NCBI GenBank assembly: GCA_016183025.1
Contig: JACPFL010000109.1
Span: 1 to 55,339, forward strand
From: Deltaproteobacteria bacterium
GTDB taxonomy: Bacteria; Desulfobacterota; JACPFL01
Direction of reading: 5' to 3'
Length of the DNA stretch: 55,339 nt
Shown: positions 26,144-34,387 of the stretch, piece by piece
Layout of the letters: each line of letters begins with the position of its first letter
Numbering within the stretch: the first letter of the stretch is position 1
Position numbers and translations under genes: made by a program
The notes under the pieces: generated by a model
Told to the model about the DNA's origin: nothing
What the model saw: only the letters and a program-made list of their open reading frames with translations
Database searches by the model: none

Positions 26144-26171
26144 AGCATAGTCGCCAGCCCACCGCTGTCAA
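26144..26171 (-). promoter_or_regulatory. Promoter TTGACA-16-TATGCT, ATG 8 nt after the -10 (near-leaderless)
   Basis: Minus strand reads TTGACAgcggtgggctggcgacTATGCTtgcgccccATG. No Shine-Dalgarno can fit. Confidence 0.5.
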
Positions 26172-26192
26172 GGCGTTTTTGCGAGGCCCCGC

Positions 26193-26293
26193 GCCGAGCT
26201 GGCGGTTGCGGCGATCGCGTGTCGGATGTATATTCCGGGCGGCTACGCCCCCGGCGGCGTTACGACCTGGCGACGCTGCTCCGCCAGCTCGGC
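26193..26293. repeat. 13-bp perfect inverted repeat (GCCGAGCTGGCGG / CCGCCAGCTCGGC) enclosing 75 nt
   Basis: The arms at 26193-26205 and 26281-26293 were read directly. They are extendable to about 16 bp with one G-U pair. The repeat lies in the 190-nt gap between the third Mo-hydroxylase operon and the liv promoter. Confidence 0.6.
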
Positions 26294-26363
26294 GTGAGCG
26301 GGCTGCCTCCCCGGCCCGCCCGCTGAGCCTCTCCCGCCTCAGGATGCGACCGCGCCACCGATC

Positions 26364-26834
26364 TCAGCGGGCGGCGTTCGCGCACGCCTCGATCGCCTCG
26401 ATGATCTGGTGGTACCCCGTGCAGCGGCAGAGGTTGCCGGCGATCGCCCGCTTGATCTCCGCAGGGGTGGGGTGCGGGTTCTCATCCAGGAGGGCCTTGG
26501 CCGAGAGGATCATCCCGGGGGTGCAGAAGCCGCACTGGAACCCGTAGTGCTCGATGAACGCGCGCTGCAGGGGGTGGAGCTCGCCGCCGCTGGCCAGCCC
26601 CTCGATCGTCACGATCTTGCGGCCAGCCGCGTGCGGGGCGAGGGTCAGACAGGCGTGCACGGTGCGGCCGTCGAGGATGACCGTGCAGGCGCCGCACTCC
26701 CCCATGCGGCAGTTGACCTTCGTCCCGGTGAGCCCCAGGGTATCCCGGAGCACGTCCACCAGGGTCTGGGTCGGTTCCACCTCCACCTGGTAGCCGCGGC
26801 CGTTGACCGTCAGTCGGATCTTCCGGCGAGCCAT
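26364..26834 (-). CDS. [2Fe-2S]-binding small subunit (CoxS-like, 156 aa)
   Basis: 'CRMGECGACTVILDG' and 'QCGFCTPGMI...CRCTGY'. Confidence 0.92.
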   Translation of the reverse strand: MARRKIRLTVNGRGYQVEVEPTQTLVDVLRDTLGLTGTKVNCRMGECGACTVILDGRTVHACLTLAPHAAGRKIVTIEGLASGGELHPLQRAFIEHYGFQCGFCTPGMILSAKALLDENPHPTPAEIKRAIAGNLCRCTGYHQIIEAIEACANAAR

Positions 26835-26836
26835 GA

Positions 26837-27757
26837 TCAGGCCCCCTCCCTGGAGCGCTGGCGGCCCCGGCCCCGGGTGGCCTCACGCCCGTCCCCCGCG
26901 ACCTGCCAGGCCTGCTCGAGCGCCCGGCGGCTGAGCACGCCGACCAGGTGTCGCTTGTACTCCTCCGACCCGAAGACATCGCTGCTGGGAGCGGCCAGGG
27001 CCCGCGCCCGCCGGGCCACCTCTTCGAGGAGCCCGGGCGAGGGGCGCTCGCCGCGCAAGAGCCCGGCCGCCTCGTCGCAGAGCAGCGGCGTGGGCCCCAC
27101 CGCGCCGAGCGCCAGCCGGGCGTCCTGACACACCCCGTCGGCATCGAGGGTCACCCGCGCGCCCACCCCCGCCACCGGGAAATCCAGCGCGTTCCGGTGG
27201 CTGAACTTCACGTACGTCGCCCCGGTCCCCGGCGGCAGCGGCGGCACCCGGACCTCGGTCAGCAGCTCCCCGGGCTGGAGCGCCGTGCTCAGGAAGTCCA
27301 CGAAGAAGCCCCGTAACGGCAGGCTTCGAGCACCGGCGGCGGAGGCCAGGGTCACCTCCGCATCCAGCACCAGGAGGGCCGGAGCCGGATCCTCCCGCGG
27401 GTCCCCGTGGCAGAGGTTGCCCCCGATGGTGCCGGCATTCCGCACCTGGATCGAGCCCACCTGCCCCTCCATCTCGACCAGCACCGGGGCCCGCCGACGG
27501 ACGACGCGAGAGGTCTCGATCTCCCGATGGGTGGTCAGGGCCCCGATCCGCAACCCCGCGGCGTCGTCCCATCGGATGTACCGGAGCTCCCGAAGCCGGC
27601 GGATGCTGATCAGGCAGGTCGGCTGCAAGAGCCGGTGGTTCATCAGGATGATCAGGGCCAGGCCGCCGGCGATGAGCTTGGCGCCCTCGCCCTGCTCGGT
27701 CAGCGCCCGCGAGGCCTCCTCGACGCTCCGCGCTTCGATGTACTCCACGCCTGTCAC
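26837..27757 (-). CDS. FAD-binding medium subunit (CoxM-like, 306 aa)
   Basis: 'AKLIAGGLALI' and 'VRNAGTIGGNLCHGDP'. It sits between the large and small subunits. Confidence 0.88.
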   Translation of the reverse strand: MTGVEYIEARSVEEASRALTEQGEGAKLIAGGLALIILMNHRLLQPTCLISIRRLRELRYIRWDDAAGLRIGALTTHREIETSRVVRRRAPVLVEMEGQVGSIQVRNAGTIGGNLCHGDPREDPAPALLVLDAEVTLASAAGARSLPLRGFFVDFLSTALQPGELLTEVRVPPLPPGTGATYVKFSHRNALDFPVAGVGARVTLDADGVCQDARLALGAVGPTPLLCDEAAGLLRGERPSPGLLEEVARRARALAAPSSDVFGSEEYKRHLVGVLSRRALEQAWQVAGDGREATRGRGRQRSREGA

Positions 27758-27811
27758 CCCCAGACCCTCTGCCTCGACCTCACTCCCCGGCCTGCCCAGT
27801 CGCCGGCTCCC

Positions 27812-30094
27812 TCAGGCCGTCCGGCCCGCCGCCCCCAGCGCCCGCCAGACCTTCTCGGGCGTGGCCGGGATCTCGTCGATCCAGACCCCCAGCGCGTCGT
27901 GGAGGGCCGCGACCAGCGCCGGCGCCACATCCTTCACCGAGTGCTCGGAGGCGCCTTTCGCTCCATAGGGACCGGCCGGGTAGGGCTCCTCCACGAACGA
28001 CACGATGGTCTCGTCCGTGACGTCGCTGGCCGTGGGGAGGAGGTACTCCATGAGGCTCGGGGTCAGGATCTGGCCCCCCTCCGTGGGCATGTCCTCCAGG
28101 AGCGCGAACCCCAGCCCCTGGGCCTCCCCCCCGATCAACTGCCCCCGCAGGGCCCCGGGGTTCAGCGCCCGCCCCACGTCCAGCACCACCACCGAGCGCA
28201 GCGGCCGCACCTTCCCCGTCTCCTCGTCCACCTCGAGGTCCATGAGGCCGGCGGAAAAGGTATGGCCCAGCTTGCCGTGGGGCTGGGAGAACCACCCATC
28301 GCCCCGCAGCTCGATCCCCTTCAGGCGGCACGCCCAGGAGAGCTTCCCCAGCGAGATGCGGCGGTCCGGCCGCTCGCGGACGAAGACATGCCCCTCGGCC
28401 AGGCCCAGCGCCTCGGGGGGCGCCTCGAGCTCATCCGCCGCGGCCTCGAAGACCTTCGTCCGCAGGTTGTGCGCCGCGAGCATGGCCGCGTTGCCCAGGC
28501 AGAAGGCCTGGCGGGACGCCACCGCCCGCCCCGACTTCGGCACCGCGGAGGTGTCCCCCAGCACGCAGGTCACGTCCTTGACCTCCAGCCCCAGCTCCTC
28601 GGCCACCACCTGGGCGAGCAGGGTCGAAGCCCCCTCGCCGAACTCGGCGGACTCGCACCGGACCACCGCCGTCCCGTCCGGCAGCAACTCGATGTTCGCC
28701 CCGGTCCCCTTCAGCAGGTAGATGGCGCCCGAAGAGGTATCGAAGATCGGCATGGTGCAGGCCACGCCGCGCCCGACCTTCTTGCGGGGGCCCGAGGGCT
28801 CGGGCTTCGGCCCGGCCAGCTCCCGGATCCGGGTCAGCACCTGCGGGAGCGTGACGGGATGATCGAGGTGGAGCATGGGCGAGATCGGGGTCGAGCGCCC
28901 CTGGACCAACGCGTTCTTCAGGCGGAGCGCGATAGGGTCCGTGCCCAGCGCCGTGGCCATCTTGTTCACCGTGGTCTCGAGGGCGAAGGCCGCCTGCGGG
29001 CCGCCGAAGCCCCGGAAGGCGCCGGCGATAGGGTCGTTCGTGTACGCCGCGACGCCCCGAATCCGCACGTTGGGGATGTCGTACGGACCACCCAGGTAGC
29101 AGCAGGCGACCTTGAGCACCGGCGGCGACGAGGAGGCGTAGGCGCCCCCGTTCAGCAGCACGTCGGCCTCGCAGGCGACGAAGGTCCCGTCGCGCCTCGC
29201 GCCCAGCTTCACCCGGATCCGGGCCGGGTTCCGCTTGGGGCTGGCCTGGAACGACTCCTCCGAGCGCCAGGCCATCCGCACCGGCCGGCCGCTCTTCAGC
29301 GCCAGCAGCGCCAGGTGGGGATGCACCGACACGTCGATCTTGCCGCCGAAGGCCCCGCCCATGGGCACGGGCACCACCCGGACCCGGTGCTCCGGGATCC
29401 CCAGCGCCCGGCTCACGCTCGTCCGCGCCTGCATCGGCGCCTGCGTGCCGGCGTACAGCGTCACCCCGCCCCCCGGCTCGGGCACCCCCACCCCCGCCGC
29501 CGGCTCCATGTACGCGTGCTCCTGGCGCGGCGTCCGGTAGGTCCCCTCCACGATCACGTCCGACTCGGCGAACCCACGCTCCACGTCGCCCCGGTCCAGC
29601 ACGACCGGGTCCCCACAGATGTTGCTCCCGCGGTCCTCGTGCACCCGGGGCGCGCCGGGCTGGATCGCCGCCTCCGGGTCCACAATGGGCGGCAGCACCT
29701 CGTACTCCACCTGGATCCGCTCCAGCGCTGCCTCCGCCAGCGCCTCGCTCTCCGCCGCCACCAGGGCGAGGGGGTCCCCCACCATCTTGGCCGTCTCCCC
29801 CTCGGCCACCAGCACCGGCTGGTCCGCCGCGTAGTCGCCGAACCGGTTCGTGCCGGCGACATCCTTGGCGGTGACCACGGCGATCACGCCCGGCATCCGC
29901 TCGGCCTCGCTCGGGTCGATCCGGAGCACCCGGGCGTGGGGATAGGGCGAGCGCAACGTCTTCCCGTGCAGCATCCCCGGAAACGTCACGTCGATGTTGT
30001 AGCGCTCCTGGCCGGTCGTCTTCGCCGGGCCCCGCACATCGGGGACCGTCTGCCCGATCACCCGGTAGGGAGAGCCGTCAGACGCCATCGCCAC
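27812..30094 (-). CDS. Xanthine dehydrogenase-family molybdopterin large subunit (760 aa, FRGFG type)
   Basis: 'VIGQTVPDVRGPAKTTGQERYNIDV', 'GGAFGGK', 'GAFRGFGGPQ', 'GAKGASEHS'. Confidence 0.9.
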   Translation of the reverse strand: MAMASDGSPYRVIGQTVPDVRGPAKTTGQERYNIDVTFPGMLHGKTLRSPYPHARVLRIDPSEAERMPGVIAVVTAKDVAGTNRFGDYAADQPVLVAEGETAKMVGDPLALVAAESEALAEAALERIQVEYEVLPPIVDPEAAIQPGAPRVHEDRGSNICGDPVVLDRGDVERGFAESDVIVEGTYRTPRQEHAYMEPAAGVGVPEPGGGVTLYAGTQAPMQARTSVSRALGIPEHRVRVVPVPMGGAFGGKIDVSVHPHLALLALKSGRPVRMAWRSEESFQASPKRNPARIRVKLGARRDGTFVACEADVLLNGGAYASSSPPVLKVACCYLGGPYDIPNVRIRGVAAYTNDPIAGAFRGFGGPQAAFALETTVNKMATALGTDPIALRLKNALVQGRSTPISPMLHLDHPVTLPQVLTRIRELAGPKPEPSGPRKKVGRGVACTMPIFDTSSGAIYLLKGTGANIELLPDGTAVVRCESAEFGEGASTLLAQVVAEELGLEVKDVTCVLGDTSAVPKSGRAVASRQAFCLGNAAMLAAHNLRTKVFEAAADELEAPPEALGLAEGHVFVRERPDRRISLGKLSWACRLKGIELRGDGWFSQPHGKLGHTFSAGLMDLEVDEETGKVRPLRSVVVLDVGRALNPGALRGQLIGGEAQGLGFALLEDMPTEGGQILTPSLMEYLLPTASDVTDETIVSFVEEPYPAGPYGAKGASEHSVKDVAPALVAALHDALGVWIDEIPATPEKVWRALGAAGRTA

Positions 30095-31484
30095 CGTCGC
30101 GCTCCGTCTTCACGCCCTCACGCGGACCATAGACCGTGTCGTAGTAGAGGGTGCGCCGCGTCATGAAATGGGTGCGCTCGTAGCGCATCTCCCGGGCCTG
30201 AGGCCAGGGATGGCGGAGGTCCACACAGCGACCCCCCTTCATGACCACCGCCAGCCGGGCGCGATCCTGCAGCACCCGGATGTCCCCGAGCGGGTCGCCA
30301 TCCACCACGAGGAGGTCGGCATAGCGCCCCGGCTCCAGGACGCCGCCGTCCTGCTCGAGGTTCACGGCCACGGCGTTGTTGCGGGTCGCCGCCATGATGG
30401 CCTCCATCGGCGTGAAGTCCAGGTACTTGACGAAGATCTCGAGCTCCCGGGCGTGCCAGTGGCCGAACGGGGTCACCGCGAACCCGGCATCCGTCCCCGC
30501 CATGAACCGGAGCCCGGCCTGGCGGGCCAGGCTCAGGATCTTCACCGAGGAGTCGATCAGCCGCTTGTAACTGTCCATGAGCCCCTGCGACGCCCCGACC
30601 AGGTGTCCCCACTCGACGGTGTTGACGAGCAGCGTCAGCGTGGGACAGATCGGGATGCCGGTCTTCAGCAGGGCCCCCAGGTCCGTCTCGTTCATGAGGT
30701 CGCCGTGGATCACCCAGTCCACCCCGGCCTCCGCGGCGTACCGGACCGCCAGGCCGGCCCGGGCGTGGATGGTCACCTTCTTCCCCAGCCGGTGGGTCTC
30801 CTCCACGATCGCCTTCAGCTCGTCCAGGCTGAGCGAGGGGACATCCCCCGAGGGCGTCCACACCGGGTTCGGATCGCCGCTCCCCGCCACCTTGATCAGG
30901 TCTACCCCCTGCTTCACCTGTCGGCGCACCTCGCGGACCATCTCGTCCCGGGTGTTGCACAGGACCCCGACGTTCGACGGCGGGGAGCCGACCCAGAGCG
31001 GGAAGAGATCCCCGATCGAGGCATGGGTCGAGAGCATCTGCCCCGCCGCGGTCATGCGCGGCCCTTCGACCAGCCCCGCGGCCATGGCATCGCGCACGGC
31101 CACCGCCACGCCCCACCGGCTCCCCGGGTCGCAGATCCCGGTGACGCCCGCGCGCAGGACCTTCTGCATGTTCCAGGCGGCCCGGATGGCCGAGTACTCG
31201 GCGCCCGGGTACATCCCCTCCTCCTCGTGCGTGCGGACCTCCCCGTAGCTCGTGTGGCAGTGGGCGTCGATCAGCCCGGGCATCACGGTCTTGCCGCCGG
31301 CCTCGATGACGAGATCGTACGGACCCTCCGGGGCCTCGCGCGCCGGGCCGACCCAGGCGATCCGCTCCCCTGCCACCACGACCGCCCCGTCGCGCATGGC
31401 CGGGCGCCCAGTCCCGTCAATGATCGTCCCACCCCGGATCAGCGTCCGCCCGGTCCCGCCTGCCTGCTCCGTGGCCGTGGTCAT
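30078..31484 (-). CDS. Amidohydrolase_1 family metallohydrolase (468 aa)
   Basis: Start at MTTATEQ (31484). 'LIRGGTIIDGTG...GKTVMPGLIDAHCHTS' gives the H-x-H metal motif. It overlaps the downstream Mo subunit start by 17 nt. Confidence 0.8.
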   Translation of the reverse strand: MTTATEQAGGTGRTLIRGGTIIDGTGRPAMRDGAVVVAGERIAWVGPAREAPEGPYDLVIEAGGKTVMPGLIDAHCHTSYGEVRTHEEEGMYPGAEYSAIRAAWNMQKVLRAGVTGICDPGSRWGVAVAVRDAMAAGLVEGPRMTAAGQMLSTHASIGDLFPLWVGSPPSNVGVLCNTRDEMVREVRRQVKQGVDLIKVAGSGDPNPVWTPSGDVPSLSLDELKAIVEETHRLGKKVTIHARAGLAVRYAAEAGVDWVIHGDLMNETDLGALLKTGIPICPTLTLLVNTVEWGHLVGASQGLMDSYKRLIDSSVKILSLARQAGLRFMAGTDAGFAVTPFGHWHARELEIFVKYLDFTPMEAIMAATRNNAVAVNLEQDGGVLEPGRYADLLVVDGDPLGDIRVLQDRARLAVVMKGGRCVDLRHPWPQAREMRYERTHFMTRRTLYYDTVYGPREGVKTERDGGDGV

Positions 31485-31574
31485 CTCCGTCCTCTCGCCG
31501 GCCCCATGCCGGCCCTCTCCCACCCCGGATCGGACGGCCATTTCCATCCGTTCCAGCGCCTTCCGGTGCAGAGC

Positions 31575-31603
31575 ATCCTAGGAGACAGGCCGAACGCGGT
31601 CAA
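31575..31603 (-). promoter_or_regulatory. Candidate promoter TTGACC-17-TAGGAT heading the catabolic gene array
   Basis: Minus strand reads TTGACCgcgttcggcctgtctccTAGGAT, about 90 nt upstream of the amidohydrolase ATG. Confidence 0.45.
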
Positions 31604-31693
31604 GAGCCCTCCTGCCCCATCCCGCCATCGAGACGGCCCTCGAGGCTCACAGCCGGCTCCGCACCAACATCCAGGGGTCGTCTGTCTGAGAGC

Positions 31694-31738
31694 TTGACAC
31701 GGCCGCGGCCCGCAGTTTATCTGGTCACAGTTTATCTG
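31694..31738 (+). promoter_or_regulatory. TTGACA box followed by two copies of an AT-rich 11-mer CAGTTTATCTG (15-nt period) upstream of yfhO-1
   Basis: TTGACA at 31694-31699. Repeats at 31713-31723 and 31728-31738. The first repeat covers the position where a -10 (TTATCT) would lie at a 17-nt spacing. Confidence 0.4.
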
Positions 31739-31795
31739 CAGAGGAGAATGCAAGAAATGGTCTGGTGTCACCTCCTGGGTTAGGCCCCCGTTCCA

Positions 31796-34387
31796 GTGCG
31801 TCGAGCTTTCGGAGCCCTGCGTCTCCCGCAACCTGCAGCCACAGGCTTTCTGCTGCTGGCCACTCTGCTCCTGCTCTGGCCGGCCTTCCTCGGCAGGACG
31901 CCGGTCCCGGCAGATATCCTCTACGAGAACTACTTCCCGTGGAAGGCGATCCAGTCCGGCGTGCAGGCCCAGAACCCCGCGATGGAGGATGCCATCAGGG
32001 TTTACGTCCCGCTGACCGAATACGCCTTCGACCGGTGGCGGGCCGGCACCCCTCCTCTCTGGAACCCCCTGATCGTGGCCGGCACGCCCGAAGCGGCGGC
32101 GAGCTTCTCCGGGGCGTTCTATCCGCTCAACGCCCTGTACCTCCTTCCCCACCGGCCCCTGGCTCACGCCCTGGATGTCGGGCTCCACCTGTTCCTGGCG
32201 ATGGCCTTCATGCAGCTCTTCCTCCGGGCACTCGGGTGCTCGGGATTCGGTGCGACCCTCGGGGGGATCGTCTATGGGCTGGGCGGGCTCATGGCGATCT
32301 GGCTCCCGTACGCGCCGGGCCGGCATGTCGTCGTCTGGCTCCCCCTGGCGTGGTACTTCCTCGAGCGCCTCTTCCACGGCGCACGGCTGGGAGCGGTTGC
32401 GGGCCTCGGCGTGGCCGTAGCCCTGCAGATCCTGGGCGGCCACGCCGAGTACCTCCTGTTCCAGGCACTGCTCACCGGCTTCTACCTGATCCTGCGGGGC
32501 TTCTGGTGGCTCCGGGGACGTCCGGGGGGGGCCGCGGCAGGGCGCCTGGTCGGGCGGGTGCTCCTCTCGGCCGGAGTCGCCCTGATGCTGGGCGCCATCC
32601 AGTGGCTCCCCCTGCTGGAGGTGCGCGCCCAGAGCCACCGGATCACCCGGGCTCTCGATGCCGAGGTGGATGCCGTATCGCCGTTCGCCCTGACCACGCT
32701 CATCTCCCCCCGGCTCTTCGGTTCGCCCATGGAGCGGAACCGGGTGGGGCCCACCTCCATCACGGTGATGTACATCGGGATCGCGCCCCTCCTGCTGGCC
32801 GTGGCGGGCGCCTGGTGGGGCCGGGGATGGCGGGGACGTGGAATGGCGGCCCTTTTCGTGCTCAGCTTTCTTGTGGCGACGAAGACACCCCTGACCTGGT
32901 TCTTCTATGACGTCGTCCCCCTGTTCTCACAGCTGCGCACGCTTCGGCGGATCATCCTCATCTTCGCAGCGCCGCTCAGTGTCCTCGCCGGGGTCGGGGC
33001 GAGCGCGCTGCAGGCGCGCCTGCAGCAGGAGGCGTTCTGTCGGGCGGTGATGCGCAGGCTGTCATGGGCCCGAATCGGAGCGCTGGGAGCGCTGCTCGGC
33101 GCAGGGCTGACCGGGGCGTACCTCCTCCAGGGGCTCTTCTATGAACCCGCCCTGAGACTGGTGGAGAAGACCCGGCCCGGCGTGCTCGTCGGGGATGTCC
33201 CGGCCAAGTTCCGGACCTTCTTCGCGTATGAGCTCCAGCAGCTCGCCCTGGCCGGCGCGCTCCTCATCGGATTCCTCCTCCTGGTCAGACTCCGTGCCAC
33301 GGGCTCCCTCCGGGAGCGCCCCTTCACCCTGGCCCTGCTCCTCCTCACGCTCATGGACCTCCTGCTCTTCGCGCGCGGCATCATGTCCATGGTGGATCTG
33401 CGCTGGCACCCGACCTCCCCTCCTCTGCCGGCGATCGCGCACATCAAGGCCGATACGGATCTCTTCCGGGTGATGCCGTTCGACCGCTACGGCCCGATCC
33501 ATGCGGATATCCCGTTTCCCGGCAATACGCTGATCCCTTACGGCGTGCAGGCATTGAACGGGATCCACGCCTTCCTGCCACGCCGGACGCTGGAGCTGAT
33601 GGGCGTGGCCGGATTCTGGGGCGTGCAATCGCCGGACCCGACGAGATTCCTGGGCCGATCATGGGTCTCCTTGATGGGTCTGGGCGACCCGCGGGGGAGG
33701 GCCCTCTTTCAGGTCCGGTACCTGATCACCAGCCCCCGAGATGACCATCCCCTTCCCGCGGATGCCCAGCTGATCTACCGGGGTGAGGTCAACCTCTACC
33801 GGCTCCCCACCCCGCTCCCACGGGCCTTCGTGGCGCGGCAGGCACGCACCTTCTCCGATGACACGCTGCTGCTCCGGGCGGTGATGGACCCCGGCATCGA
33901 CCTCCGCACCACGGTGCTGCTGGAGGCCGGCCCCACGGCCGGTGAGTACCGGGATCCCCTGGCGGAACCTCCTCCCGGTCGGGCCGGCGCGGAGAAGGCG
34001 GGCATGGGGACGGCGGGCGGAGAGATCTCCGGGGCCGGGAGGGCCGGAGAGGCGGCCGAGGTCACGCGCTACGAGCCGGAGCGCGTCGAGGTCCGCGCGC
34101 GTTCCTCCACCGGCGGATGGCTGGTGCTGCTGGATGCCCACTACCCGGGCTGGCGGGCCCGCGTCGATGCTCTGGAGGTCCCGGTCCTCCGCGCCAACTA
34201 CGCCTTCCGGGCCGTGCGCATCCCGCCGGGGGAGAGCACGGTGCTCTTCTTCTACGCCCCGGCCGGCGTCAGAGCGGGACTGCTCCTGTCCGGTCTGGGG
34301 GTCCTACTGCTCGCCGCCCTTCTTGTCGTGCATCTCCGCGGCCGCGAAGCCGGTCCCGCTCAGCGTGACGTCTCCCCTGCCAGATAG
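31796..34387 (+). CDS. yfhO: YfhO-family polytopic membrane protein (GT-C-type glycosyltransferase candidate), 863 aa
   Basis: GTG start. There are many TM segments in the first roughly 560 aa, then a soluble C-terminal domain and a terminal TM anchor. 'PLWNPLIVAGTPE...FYPLN' resembles the YfhO family. It has a full-length paralog at 37971-40564. Confidence 0.75.
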   Translation: MRRAFGALRLPQPAATGFLLLATLLLLWPAFLGRTPVPADILYENYFPWKAIQSGVQAQNPAMEDAIRVYVPLTEYAFDRWRAGTPPLWNPLIVAGTPEAAASFSGAFYPLNALYLLPHRPLAHALDVGLHLFLAMAFMQLFLRALGCSGFGATLGGIVYGLGGLMAIWLPYAPGRHVVVWLPLAWYFLERLFHGARLGAVAGLGVAVALQILGGHAEYLLFQALLTGFYLILRGFWWLRGRPGGAAAGRLVGRVLLSAGVALMLGAIQWLPLLEVRAQSHRITRALDAEVDAVSPFALTTLISPRLFGSPMERNRVGPTSITVMYIGIAPLLLAVAGAWWGRGWRGRGMAALFVLSFLVATKTPLTWFFYDVVPLFSQLRTLRRIILIFAAPLSVLAGVGASALQARLQQEAFCRAVMRRLSWARIGALGALLGAGLTGAYLLQGLFYEPALRLVEKTRPGVLVGDVPAKFRTFFAYELQQLALAGALLIGFLLLVRLRATGSLRERPFTLALLLLTLMDLLLFARGIMSMVDLRWHPTSPPLPAIAHIKADTDLFRVMPFDRYGPIHADIPFPGNTLIPYGVQALNGIHAFLPRRTLELMGVAGFWGVQSPDPTRFLGRSWVSLMGLGDPRGRALFQVRYLITSPRDDHPLPADAQLIYRGEVNLYRLPTPLPRAFVARQARTFSDDTLLLRAVMDPGIDLRTTVLLEAGPTAGEYRDPLAEPPPGRAGAEKAGMGTAGGEISGAGRAGEAAEVTRYEPERVEVRARSSTGGWLVLLDAHYPGWRARVDALEVPVLRANYAFRAVRIPPGESTVLFFYAPAGVRAGLLLSGLGVLLLAALLVVHLRGREAGPAQRDVSPAR

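Noticed and set aside
27407-30166. 919-aa plus-strand ORF. The 680-aa ORF at 43121-45163, the 596-aa ORF at 19865-21655 and the 579-aa ORF at 53552-55291 are similar.
   Set aside because: All are antisense shadows of clearly identified minus-strand genes (Mo subunit, gcvPB, Liv SBP/livF, ALDH). They are low-complexity Arg/Pro/Gly-rich translations.
31748-31783. An 11-codon mini-ORF (MQEMVWCHLLG) in the yfhO-1 leader, considered as a possible leader peptide.
   Set aside because: The GAGGAG motif is only 1 nt from its ATG, which is too close to serve as a Shine-Dalgarno site. There is no attenuator-like alternative pairing evident.
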